From Candidatus Omnitrophica bacterium UBA6249 (lineage in GTDB: Bacteria > Omnitrophota > Gorgyraeia > Gygaellales > Profunditerraquicolaceae): DNA of 64,000 nucleotides. The position numbers were made by a program, and so were the translations under genes. Positions 1-9,091 of this stretch are shown in pieces (within the stretch, counting starts at the first letter, position 1; every line of letters starts with the position of its first letter). The DNA lies in contig DJVT01000009.1 in assembly GCA_002441305.1 (NCBI GenBank), positions 409,210-473,209 on the forward strand, read 5' to 3'. The notes below the pieces were generated by a model. The model had not been told where the DNA came from. It did no database searches and saw only the letters and a list, made by a program, of their open reading frames with translations.

Positions 1-446
1 CTAATCGTTAAGTCCACACCCATAGAGTGATCTGTCCAGATTTGAAGCCAAGACTTAAACTGATCTAAGGATAAAGATTTTTTTATTTCTCCTGAGGGCA
101 AATTATTTGTAATCTTTACGCAGTACCACCAAATATGGTAGTTATCAATTTTTTTCTGTGATGAAGAAAATTTAACTAGATTATCTATAATATCGATTAA
201 TTCTTTGACATACTCTGTCGCCTGAGATGATTGTTCAGAAACTCTTTCCAAGTAATCAAGAACATTCCAAAACAAGGCATGCCCATCATCTGAATAAGCT
301 ATTTTTTCGGGGTTAAAGTAATCCTCTTGCTTTAATGGATTAAACCATTTAAGGGACTTCACCCGCGCAAAGAAATAGCGCGCCTGATCGGAATCAGTTT
401 TAATTAAATACAATACTTGTTGTTCTTCGGCATTAAGAGTGCTCAT
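1..446 (-). CDS. Unknown protein, N-terminal fragment only (148 codons, open to window edge); partner of the SIR2-like gene
   Basis: Absent from the ORF track because it has no stop in the window. Hand translation from the ATG at 446-444 (MSTLNAEEQQVLYLIKTDSDQARYFFARVKSLKWFNPL...WTDHSMGVDLTI) stays open to base 1. Its ATG overlaps the SIR2-like stop (ATGA). I recognise no family. Confidence 0.6.
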   Translation of the reverse strand, partial: MSTLNAEEQQVLYLIKTDSDQARYFFARVKSLKWFNPLKQEDYFNPEKIAYSDDGHALFWNVLDYLERVSEQSSQATEYVKELIDIIDNLVKFSSSQKKIDNYHIWWYCVKITNNLPSGEIKKSLSLDQFKSWLQIWTDHSMGVDLTI

Positions 447-1351
447 AAATTCCTATCAATGATTTTATTAAATTCATAAAAACCATCGCCTTCTTTATCT
501 TCAAAAACTTTCCTCCATGACGATAATATCTCCTCGAGTTGTGCATAGCCATTGGCGTTAATTGAATAAGGTATCACCGTCATGCTTATCTGATCAAAAT
601 ACATTTGCTCATATTCATAAAGCTGTTCCTCCTGCTGAAAGAATGGCAGTAAAACATAGAAGTGATTAACTAGCTTTTTTAAAGAGTTACTCCCCTTGCT
701 GTATTTCTGAATCATAAAATCAATTATTTCCATTTCATCTATGCCATAGCCAATGAAAAGAAAGCAATTTTTGTCATCGAAAAATGCCTGTTTTAAGAAA
801 TCTCTAAACGTTCGGTCATTATATCTGGCAAGGTACTCGTCAACGGTCATAACCAAACTATTTTCATCTTCTATAGTGCCGTGAAGATGAATGATATTTT
901 TAGTTTTCAGCCGATACTTGTTAGGGTCTGAATGGATATTCCCGGAATCAAATAATTTTGAAAAATGGAGATCAATGTTTGTTGTGATAAAACTTGCATT
1001 CAATGAAAATAAGTTATTCATCAAATCCGGAAGTTTATTCTTCTTTGCGGGTATTACTTCTAAAGTTTTTTTTAGCTCGGAAAAATATTTATCTTTTAAA
1101 ATTCCTTTCGCAATTGTTATCAATTTTCTCGGAGCGGTTGAATATTTCGTCAGTAAAGTATCTTTAACCCAATAATCAATATCTCCGCTTTCATAACAGG
1201 AATTGACCAGAGAGAACGCCATATCCTTCCACCGATGACAACCCCAAAGCGCAGAAAGGCCAGCACCTACAAAAACTATCAACCTCTCGTTCTCTTGAGC
1301 ATCATATATATGTGGATATTTTTTTAAATCAGGAACAAGCTCAATTCTCAT
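443..1351 (-). CDS. SIR2-like (SIR2_2-type) NAD-binding/NADase domain protein, catalytic domain only
   Basis: 302 aa with motifs LIVFVGAGLS, FITTNIDLHF, IIHLHGT and LFIGYGIDE in the order expected for SIR2_2 defence-type sirtuins. The ATG overlaps the hsdS stop (ATGA at 1348-1351). Confidence 0.75.
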   Translation of the reverse strand: MRIELVPDLKKYPHIYDAQENERLIVFVGAGLSALWGCHRWKDMAFSLVNSCYESGDIDYWVKDTLLTKYSTAPRKLITIAKGILKDKYFSELKKTLEVIPAKKNKLPDLMNNLFSLNASFITTNIDLHFSKLFDSGNIHSDPNKYRLKTKNIIHLHGTIEDENSLVMTVDEYLARYNDRTFRDFLKQAFFDDKNCFLFIGYGIDEMEIIDFMIQKYSKGSNSLKKLVNHFYVLLPFFQQEEQLYEYEQMYFDQISMTVIPYSINANGYAQLEEILSSWRKVFEDKEGDGFYEFNKIIDRNL

Positions 1352-2433
1352 CCAAAATACCTCTGCATAAGCGCGTTGAAGTGGTTGTCCATTTCGTCTA
1401 ATGACGCGCGCATTTTTTGTTTTGTTTGCTCAACCTCATCCATAATAAAAGCAAACTTATTCTGCAATTCAATAGGCGGAATCTGTAACAATAAAGGGCG
1501 CAATGTATCAAGATTTATATTTGCCCTCGCTGTCTCTGGTGCTCGAGTAACAAAAATAGGTCTGTAAAATCTCAAAACATATTCAATATAACGATTTGAT
1601 GCTTTTTCCTCATCAACCGTAATACCGATAACGCTATCTGGAGCATAAGCGTCGATGCCTAATATTGTTGTTGCCCCAATTGTTGCGCCGACAATAGCTA
1701 TTGCAATTGTCCCTTTAGGCAAACATTTGCTAACCTTAATTCCTCTGTCGTTCAAAGTTTGCGTATATCTTGAAAGCCTGTATTCTGAATTGCTTATATC
1801 TCCTGTCTGGATGAAGGGATAGTCACCGTTATAATACGACGGATCATTTCTTGGACGAGGAGAAAAACGTCCCCGATAGACATCAGCTACTTTTTCCAAA
1901 GGCTTTCGTCCCCATTTTTTGCCCTCAATCGGATCGCCGAACATATCGGAAAAAACAGATTTGAGATAATCATCGAGCAATGCAAGTTGTTCTTTGCGTT
2001 TTTGGCGCAAACTATCGGCGTGATCTAAAACCGAAACGATTTTATCTTGCTTTGAGCGAGAGACTTTAGGTAAATTTATATCGGAAATATACCCCTTAGA
2101 AATATGTTTTAAGCCCGCTCCTTTAAAGCCTTCTTCTAATATGCGGATATTGCCAAATAAATAATGGTAGACAAATTTTGCATTGATATCCTTCGTTTTA
2201 GGTTGAGCAACTAAACAATCCGTTGAAACTGAAAATTTGCTGTCTGCAAAATGAACACTTGCATTTCCGCCTGTACCAAATACTAGGCTTTCACCGTCAA
2301 ACAAAGCATTATCAACATATTTACTTAACTCAGCACTCGATGTATAAAAGGGAAACAGCCCGGACTTTTGACCGTCTCCGGCTTTTATTTTAGATTTTTT
2401 CTGAAATTCGAATACATCTGAAAATTTATACAT
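1348..2433 (-). CDS. hsdS: Type I restriction-modification specificity subunit HsdS
   Basis: 361 aa. Two variable regions are separated by conserved helical spacers (LRQKRKEQLALLDDYLKSVF; C-terminal MRASLDEMDNHFNALMQRYF). Overlaps the hsdM stop by 8 nt. Confidence 0.8.
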   Translation of the reverse strand: MYKFSDVFEFQKKSKIKAGDGQKSGLFPFYTSSAELSKYVDNALFDGESLVFGTGGNASVHFADSKFSVSTDCLVAQPKTKDINAKFVYHYLFGNIRILEEGFKGAGLKHISKGYISDINLPKVSRSKQDKIVSVLDHADSLRQKRKEQLALLDDYLKSVFSDMFGDPIEGKKWGRKPLEKVADVYRGRFSPRPRNDPSYYNGDYPFIQTGDISNSEYRLSRYTQTLNDRGIKVSKCLPKGTIAIAIVGATIGATTILGIDAYAPDSVIGITVDEEKASNRYIEYVLRFYRPIFVTRAPETARANINLDTLRPLLLQIPPIELQNKFAFIMDEVEQTKQKMRASLDEMDNHFNALMQRYFG

Positions 2434-3985
2434 TCTTTACCATATCCTTAAGAGCCTCAATATTGCCTGAAATTTCTTTCTCTAAATTCTCAATCTTTCC
2501 TAAAATCACTTCCGGCTTATCGTATTTCGGCGGTGTGTATTCAATTTCCTTGTAACGGTTAATGCTGAGATCGTATTTGTTATCGATTATTTCTTTAACC
2601 GGAACAAAGAAGTGCTTGGCTTTTCTGTCATCGTTAGGGTTCTTGCTTCGCGCTTTCCATTCCTTCACAATATCCGGGAGATCATTACTGTCTATTCGAT
2701 CCCGCTTATCGTCTAGTGAATAGCCATCTGACTGCATATCATAGAACCAAACCCGCTCAGTTGTCCCGCCTTTAACAAACACAAGAATCGCAGTGCTAAC
2801 ACCGGCGTATGGTTTAAACACCCCTGAAGGCATAGACACAACCCCCTGAAGCTCGCATCCATCAATTAACATCTTGCGCAAATCTCTATGAGCTGTTGAT
2901 GATCCGAAAAGCACGCCGTCAGGAACAATAACAGCCGCGCGTCCGCCGATCTTCAAAGAATTGATTAGCCTGTTTACAAAAAGAAGTTCTGTCTTTGTTG
3001 TTTTGAGCGAAAGGTTCTCATTAATATCACCTTTGTCGATACTTCCTTTAAACGGCGGATTGGCGAGGACCACATCATATTGATTGTCCTCGTTGTATTT
3101 CTTTGAAAGTGTATCCACACGTTCAATATTTGGATGGGTTATCCCATGAAGCATAAGATTCATTAATCCGATACGCACCATCGTGGTATCAAAGTCGTAT
3201 CCGTTGAATGTCTTTTCCCTGAGTGCTGTCCATAATCGCTCGTCTGTTAACTTATCACCGAATCCTCGCTCGAAGCCGTCCTCATCTTTTGTTAATTGAT
3301 TCTTACTTGTATGGGTAGTCAAAATATACTGATAAGCCCCAAGCAAAAATCCGCCTGTTCCGCAAGCAGGGTCCCCGATAGTTTCTCCCAGTTTCGGAGC
3401 AACCAGTTCACACATCAGTTTGATAATATGTCGTGGCGTACGGAATTGACCGTTCTTGCCTGATGAGGAAATCTCAGAAAGCAAGAATTCGTACATATCA
3501 CCCTGAGTATCGTGGAAAGTCTGCCCGGCTTGCGTTTGTTTCTCAATCTCATCATAAAGCGCGTCAATAATGCTGACTGCTTCCACAAGAAGTGACGGCT
3601 TCGGAATAATAAAGACTGCATCAGCCATATATTTGGCAAAGACACTGTTTTCTCCGTTTATCTGTTTGATAAAAGGAAATACGTTTGTCTGAACATGAGT
3701 GAGCATCTCTCCGCCTTCAAGCTGTTTGAAGTGGCTCCAACGAAGCGTGGCTTTGTCCAATTCATCTTTTGATAATGGCGATGTAAACTTGCCTTCAAAG
3801 ACTGACGCATATTTTTCGCCTGTCCATTCAGCGTCTTTTTTGAGCTTAGAATCTATCTCATCAAGACGGCGCATAAATAAAAGATACGATATCTGCTCGA
3901 TGGCCGTTAATGGATTGGCAATACCACCGCTCCAAAAACTATTCCAGAGCTGGTTGATTAATGACTTCATTTTTGGCGTTAACAT
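2426..3985 (-). CDS. hsdM: Type I restriction-modification N6-adenine DNA methyltransferase HsdM
   Basis: 519 aa with SAM motif DPACGTGGFL and catalytic NPPF (LANPPFKG). Lies 13 nt after hsdR. Confidence 0.9.
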   Translation of the reverse strand: MLTPKMKSLINQLWNSFWSGGIANPLTAIEQISYLLFMRRLDEIDSKLKKDAEWTGEKYASVFEGKFTSPLSKDELDKATLRWSHFKQLEGGEMLTHVQTNVFPFIKQINGENSVFAKYMADAVFIIPKPSLLVEAVSIIDALYDEIEKQTQAGQTFHDTQGDMYEFLLSEISSSGKNGQFRTPRHIIKLMCELVAPKLGETIGDPACGTGGFLLGAYQYILTTHTSKNQLTKDEDGFERGFGDKLTDERLWTALREKTFNGYDFDTTMVRIGLMNLMLHGITHPNIERVDTLSKKYNEDNQYDVVLANPPFKGSIDKGDINENLSLKTTKTELLFVNRLINSLKIGGRAAVIVPDGVLFGSSTAHRDLRKMLIDGCELQGVVSMPSGVFKPYAGVSTAILVFVKGGTTERVWFYDMQSDGYSLDDKRDRIDSNDLPDIVKEWKARSKNPNDDRKAKHFFVPVKEIIDNKYDLSINRYKEIEYTPPKYDKPEVILGKIENLEKEISGNIEALKDMVKNV

Positions 3986-3998
3986 AAAACCCTCTCTT

Positions 3999-6794
3999 TT
4001 ATGACGCTATTTTCTGTGTAAGACCTAAAATCTCGTCAATTTCTTCCGGCTTAAAGATGCCTCTTATCCCTTCCGGATGAAGCTGTGTAAACGGCACATT
4101 GATAAGGTCCCTCTTTTGCACACTCCCGCGCTGAAGAATGAAAGTCTTAAGCGTCAAAATAAACTGTATTTGTTTCTCTCCAAAATTATTGTGTTCTTTT
4201 AAAAATTCATCGAACAGGGTTGCGACTGTTTCGTTGAAAGTCGCAATCTCCTCAATGCCTAAAATGTGCTTGATGAACTGAACGAACTTAGCGCTCTTAT
4301 TGTCGTAAATCTCTCTCAAAATATATTCGGTCACATGGGGATAATGCTCTTTAAGAATGTCCGCAAGTTCCTCAACTTCTTCATCTGTTACATCCTCACC
4401 GCGTGAAATCTTCTGAAGCATAGGATTAGTTTTTACAAGCTCCCTGATAAAATCTTCAACTTTCTTCCTATACTTATCCACACTCATACGTTCATGCTGA
4501 GGACCGAACTCAACAGTTTCTTTTACTGTAAGAAGATCTTGAATATTCAGCTTCTTTTCAGGTGTTTTCTGCTTCTGGCGAAACTTCATAAGCGGAGCTA
4601 AACGCTCTATCATCTCATCAAGATCGTCATCTGTCGCGGTCACCCAAAAATGATTAGTCTGCACTTTTTCGATCCAGTCCCTCTGTTTTTCAACTACATT
4701 AACCGTAAGCGGTAATTCGCTAACCTTTTCGATAATAGTTTCCTTAAGGGTGTCGTACCGTTCTTCATCCCCGGCAAGTTTAGCTATCTGTGCTTCAATG
4801 CCATCCAATTCAAACCGCATTGCTTTAAAATCCGCATCAGATAAAGCGCGCATAAGCGGGCTTATGTGCATTCGTAAATATTCAAAGCTTTCATCAGTGA
4901 CATTTATCCAAAAATTATCATCGGAAACAGCTTCAAGCGCTTTCTGATTGTCTAAAATAATGACTGAATTCTTTGGCAGTGCGTCAATGTTTCCCCGAAC
5001 CTGTTTGATTGTTTTTGAAGCAATTGTTTCATCCTGTTTTTTCTGAGATACGAATAATTTATCAATTCGTGCTTCAAATAGCCGTACTGGTAAAGGTCTT
5101 GTGCCTTTAGGCTCTTTCCCTTTAGGAGTCATTTTGAAATATTCAAAATTCTCCCAGCAGTCAATGATCAAAAACTTATCTTTTTCGGGGCACCATGCTT
5201 TTATGTTATCGGGATCAAGAACACGCGTACCTCGTCCGATCATTTGCCAGAATTTTGTATATGAAAAGACAGGCTTAGCGAATACAAGATTGACTATTTC
5301 ACGAACGTCAATTCCTGTATCAAGCATGTCTACGCTGATAGCGATTCTAGGCATATCTTTTGTTTTAAACCTGTCCAGAATACCGCCTTTACCATGAACG
5401 CCTTTGACATCTGATATAATCACTTCCGCAAGCTGACCTTTATATTCTGGATAAAGAGAATTGAATACTTCGCATAAGCGGTAAGCGTGCTTTTTCGAGA
5501 TCGCGAAAAATACGGTCTTACCGGGCAGTACGCCATTTGGATCTTTTATGCTTTCTTCCATAAACTCGCGTACAATGACAGCGTTTGTACCCTTGTTAGT
5601 AACCTTCTTCTCAAGTTCCGTACCTTCAAAACTGAATTCGTCCGGATCTTCACCTTCCTGAAGAAGTTTCTTCTTCTCTGCTTCTGCAATAGTCTCGCTG
5701 TTAATTCCTTCCTGCTGAAATTTGGTGCGCAGTTTTAAAACCTCAAAGTCCGACAAATACGGTGGAATATTTGAAATCGCTTCTTCATATGAATAGGCAA
5801 AGGTGGGCAAACCCTCTTCGCAATCAAAAAGCTCAAATGTATTATGATCTATGGCATCTTTAGGTGTAGCGGTAAGCCCCAGCTGAACAGCGTCAAAGTA
5901 ATCAAATATGTTCTTATACACGTTATAAATTGACCTGTGGCTTTCATCCGCGATGATCATGTCAAAATAATGCGGATTTAACGGACAATCTTCCTGCTGA
6001 ATCAAATTAAGCATAGTCGGATATGTCGTGCAGTAAATCCTTCTATCCAATGCGAATTTTGTCTCGCCTGTTTTGGGCCATACAGGAGCATTCGGCAAAT
6101 GATCCTTAAATGCCTCAAGCGCCTGTTCCCGCAAAGCAATACGGTCAACAAGAAACAGAACTTTTTGCGCCCTGTTAGTGCGCATAAGAACATCCAAAAG
6201 CCCCATACAAGTACGCGTCTTTCCAGTACCTGTTGCCATAACTAAAAGAAACTTCCTGTGTTTCTTTTCTATACGCTCAAGGACTGAGCGAATAGCCTGT
6301 ATCTGATACGGCCGTCCGGCAATGTCCGTGTTAATAAGTTCACTTGAAAGGATTTTATTGTGGTCATGCAAAAACCGCATGCGCTCTAAGTCGGCAAGCG
6401 TAGGAAAACCGAAAACTTTTCGAGGCGGGTAATTTTCAGTGTCCCAGAAAAATATCTCATAGCCATTGGTGTAAAATACAAACGGCATGGGTCCACCGTT
6501 AGCCTTTTGAATTTTCTCTGCGTAATTACGCGCCTGCTCTTTGCCAATCTCTGCATCAACAGATGTTTTCTTGGCTTCGACGACTGCGATAGGTTTTCCG
6601 TCTTTTGAAAGCAAAGCATAATCAGCAAATAGGTGCCCTTGATAAGGTGTTTCGGGTTCACGAACTCCTTGAGGCAAACCCACCCAAATATCAAGCTCTT
6701 GCGTTACATGCACAGGATTGCTGACATCCCATCCGGCGAGTTTAAGCCTCTTGTCTATTATCTCTTTTCTTGTCTGCGCTTCACTTTTTGTCAT
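3999..6794 (-). CDS. hsdR: Type I restriction enzyme R subunit HsdR (SF2 helicase/nuclease)
   Basis: 931 aa. HsdR-type N-terminus (AQTRKEIIDKRLKLAGW), Walker A MATGTGKT, DEAH-type ADESH, and a long helical C-terminal tail. Confidence 0.9.
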   Translation of the reverse strand: MTKSEAQTRKEIIDKRLKLAGWDVSNPVHVTQELDIWVGLPQGVREPETPYQGHLFADYALLSKDGKPIAVVEAKKTSVDAEIGKEQARNYAEKIQKANGGPMPFVFYTNGYEIFFWDTENYPPRKVFGFPTLADLERMRFLHDHNKILSSELINTDIAGRPYQIQAIRSVLERIEKKHRKFLLVMATGTGKTRTCMGLLDVLMRTNRAQKVLFLVDRIALREQALEAFKDHLPNAPVWPKTGETKFALDRRIYCTTYPTMLNLIQQEDCPLNPHYFDMIIADESHRSIYNVYKNIFDYFDAVQLGLTATPKDAIDHNTFELFDCEEGLPTFAYSYEEAISNIPPYLSDFEVLKLRTKFQQEGINSETIAEAEKKKLLQEGEDPDEFSFEGTELEKKVTNKGTNAVIVREFMEESIKDPNGVLPGKTVFFAISKKHAYRLCEVFNSLYPEYKGQLAEVIISDVKGVHGKGGILDRFKTKDMPRIAISVDMLDTGIDVREIVNLVFAKPVFSYTKFWQMIGRGTRVLDPDNIKAWCPEKDKFLIIDCWENFEYFKMTPKGKEPKGTRPLPVRLFEARIDKLFVSQKKQDETIASKTIKQVRGNIDALPKNSVIILDNQKALEAVSDDNFWINVTDESFEYLRMHISPLMRALSDADFKAMRFELDGIEAQIAKLAGDEERYDTLKETIIEKVSELPLTVNVVEKQRDWIEKVQTNHFWVTATDDDLDEMIERLAPLMKFRQKQKTPEKKLNIQDLLTVKETVEFGPQHERMSVDKYRKKVEDFIRELVKTNPMLQKISRGEDVTDEEVEELADILKEHYPHVTEYILREIYDNKSAKFVQFIKHILGIEEIATFNETVATLFDEFLKEHNNFGEKQIQFILTLKTFILQRGSVQKRDLINVPFTQLHPEGIRGIFKPEEIDEILGLTQKIAS

Positions 6795-6838
6795 TCTTCA
6801 CTTCTCTATTCTTCTCTTAAATTAACCTATAATCCGTC

Positions 6839-7375
6839 CTACGTGAGTACAAAGTCACTGCACTTAATGCGAATCTCTTTAAGCTCCGTCAGTACTGCCG
6901 CCAAATCAAACGATTCACCGCGAAACGTCAATGTCTGCGTTAAAGGATCATACGCCCTATGCTGATTGGTAGGTACGTTTCCCCAGATTGACTTAAAAGG
7001 ATCTACTGCCAAATCGCTGTAGACCGCTGAGGATTGCTTTTTAAACCAATCCTCTATTCGCTCGTCATAGTGTTCAAAATGATTGCGGAATTTGCGATCA
7101 AAAAGAATATTATCCTCAGAGACTTTAAGCAACTCTCGCAATCTTTCTCCGCGTCCCGCATATTTCTCTTTCTGTGGCCATAAAATCTTCGATACGTTTC
7201 CAGCCGCCACGAGAATCGATTGAATTGAACTCCACACTTCAATCTGATCAAAACTTTCCTTGCTCGCCGATAAGCGTTTAGCGGCCAATTCCGCAATCTT
7301 TGATTGCAACACAATCTCGCCTATAAACACCATCTCAGCAAGCGCCTTTTGAGACCCATTATCTACGAAATTCAT
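6839..7375 (-). CDS. Hypothetical 178-aa protein with a possible HEPN-type Rx4H motif
   Basis: The ATG overlaps the abiEii stop (ATGA at 7372-7375). The motif FRNHFEHYDE has R97 and H102 spaced as Rx4H. The sequence looks all-helical. It ends 44 nt before hsdR. Confidence 0.5.
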   Translation of the reverse strand: MNFVDNGSQKALAEMVFIGEIVLQSKIAELAAKRLSASKESFDQIEVWSSIQSILVAAGNVSKILWPQKEKYAGRGERLRELLKVSEDNILFDRKFRNHFEHYDERIEDWFKKQSSAVYSDLAVDPFKSIWGNVPTNQHRAYDPLTQTLTFRGESFDLAAVLTELKEIRIKCSDFVLT

Positions 7376-8397
7376 TGTTTTATCCTGTTAATTTCTCTTT
7401 CAACTTTCTTTAATTTTTCCAGAATACTGTCAAATGACGGCGGATCCTCAAAAAACATTTCCTGCATTTGACGGTAATCTGTTTTTAACTGGCTTTTTTG
7501 ATCTTCCCGAGGTGACAATCTCAAGCCCCCGGGCTTGGCTTCTTCATAATGCGCCCAGTTTGCCTTAAAGAATAATGCCTTATGCTCAGACACATCTTTG
7601 AGCAAGGCTATTTTCTCCAAAGATTTCTTATATATTGGCGTATCTGCCATGGCGAATAAATCATAATAATGCCGTGACATTCGAGGTGGAACATTCTTAC
7701 CTTCCGGATAATTATGAATCATATGCAGGATTGTCGCCTTTTCCCAAAAGGTTCGCTCCGCGGCCAATACACGCACCGGCGCGCCTTCAATGCTAACATC
7801 ACCGGAAACATTGGCAACGTATGGAGCAACAGTCATATTTTCAACCGGCCAATGGTCAGCTCTCGATCCAAATTCTATTTTGACGGCGGACTTAACATAA
7901 CTTTCCACGCTACTGGTCAAAGAATGCGGAAAGGTAAATAAAACCGTCTGCCCTAAAGCGTCTTTGGGGTCTAGTTCAAGTCCCCATGATTTTTTGTCTG
8001 TAAGAACCTTCGCAATGCTCTTTTGTAATTCAGGAATAAGCGTGCTGGCAATTTTTTCTTTACATGCAAGCTGAAGCCGTTCAAGCCTTCGCTGATTTTC
8101 TTTATTGCTTTCATCTTTGTCAGGTTCGATAGAGGCGTCGCTCGATAAAAAAGTCCTCTCAATTGACACATCGACATCTTCGGAAAAACGTCTGATGACG
8201 TCGTAACATTTTGAAAGCGATGTGCCGCCTTTGAATGTTAAATGCTCTCCTGATTTCGGTAATGAAAAAAGGATTTTAAGTATCCAGCATACCCAAAAAT
8301 CCTTCTCAATTAACTGCGGCATTACGTTCAAGTCTGCCGCGGCTACCTCAAAGTAAGCGCGTTTATCTTTATCACTTAATTGTATAAATTTATCCAT
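7372..8397 (-). CDS. abiEii: AbiEii/AbiGii-family nucleotidyltransferase toxin (DUF1814)
   Basis: 341 aa with the FKGGTSLSKCY and RFSEDVDV motifs characteristic of the family. Starts 7 nt after abiEi. Confidence 0.85.
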   Translation of the reverse strand: MDKFIQLSDKDKRAYFEVAAADLNVMPQLIEKDFWVCWILKILFSLPKSGEHLTFKGGTSLSKCYDVIRRFSEDVDVSIERTFLSSDASIEPDKDESNKENQRRLERLQLACKEKIASTLIPELQKSIAKVLTDKKSWGLELDPKDALGQTVLFTFPHSLTSSVESYVKSAVKIEFGSRADHWPVENMTVAPYVANVSGDVSIEGAPVRVLAAERTFWEKATILHMIHNYPEGKNVPPRMSRHYYDLFAMADTPIYKKSLEKIALLKDVSEHKALFFKANWAHYEEAKPGGLRLSPREDQKSQLKTDYRQMQEMFFEDPPSFDSILEKLKKVEREINRIKQ

Positions 8398-8404
8398 AAC
8401 CCTC

Positions 8405-9001
8405 TCATTTTTGTAATTGTCTGAATATGTTGCCTATCCACACCGGCGCAAACCGCAAATCTTTCATAAGTTGTTGTTTATCCTCAGAAGATAACCTTTT
8501 ATCAAGCATGTCTATAATATGGTCATCCACATGATCCTGCCCTAAATACCGCAGAGCCTGAATAACCAATCCACTTATACGTCCGGCCGTAGCCATATTT
8601 TTAGGGGTTGTTCTTTTTAACACAATCTGCTGTTTATTGATCTGCACCATGCGATTAGGGCCGTCTGTCAGAAAAACAATCTTTGCCGGAACCTGCTCCG
8701 TTAATCCCAAGAGGTTAGCGGCGTACGCTCCGGAAGGCTGAATCTTCAAGCTATCCCTTCCGGCCAAAGCTTGAGCTATCCGCTCATAGTTTGGCGGAAG
8801 GTCTCCCAGCGTTGGGTGCTTATCCGGGTAATCGTATAGGCCACGAGCTAAACGACGAATCTCCCCTGACTCTGCCAAACGCTCCAACGCTTTTGCCACA
8901 GTCTTAGGATGGCCTAAATCGAGAAAATGACTTTTCGTAAAGACAAACCCTCGATTCTTACCATATATCCGCTTTTTTATCTTATCTACTATAGTTTGCA
9001 T
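8405..9001 (-). CDS. abiEi: AbiEi-type antitoxin/transcriptional regulator (wHTH N-terminus)
   Basis: The track ORF starts at TTG 9028. The ATG at 9001 has an AGGAG 7 nt upstream. The N-terminal AKALERLAESGEIRRLARGLY resembles the AbiEi N-terminal domain, and the gene sits directly upstream of abiEii. Confidence 0.75.
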   Translation of the reverse strand: MQTIVDKIKKRIYGKNRGFVFTKSHFLDLGHPKTVAKALERLAESGEIRRLARGLYDYPDKHPTLGDLPPNYERIAQALAGRDSLKIQPSGAYAANLLGLTEQVPAKIVFLTDGPNRMVQINKQQIVLKRTTPKNMATAGRISGLVIQALRYLGQDHVDDHIIDMLDKRLSSEDKQQLMKDLRFAPVWIGNIFRQLQK

Positions 9002-9020
9002 GAAAATCTCCTGTTTTCTA

Positions 9021-9059
9021 TGTCGCAAATAATATATACTTTTTGCGACATCTTGTCAA
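9021..9059 (-). promoter_or_regulatory. Sigma70-type promoter of the abiE/defence string with an overlapping inverted-repeat operator
   Basis: On the minus strand: TTGACA (9059-9054), 17 nt, TATATT (9036-9031). The inverted repeat TGTCGCAAA (9050-9042) / TTTGCGACA (9029-21) has 9-bp arms and a 12-nt spacer and brackets the -10. Confidence 0.6.
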
Positions 9060-9091
9060 GCTGATTTTTAGGGCTACTGGTCATTAACAGC

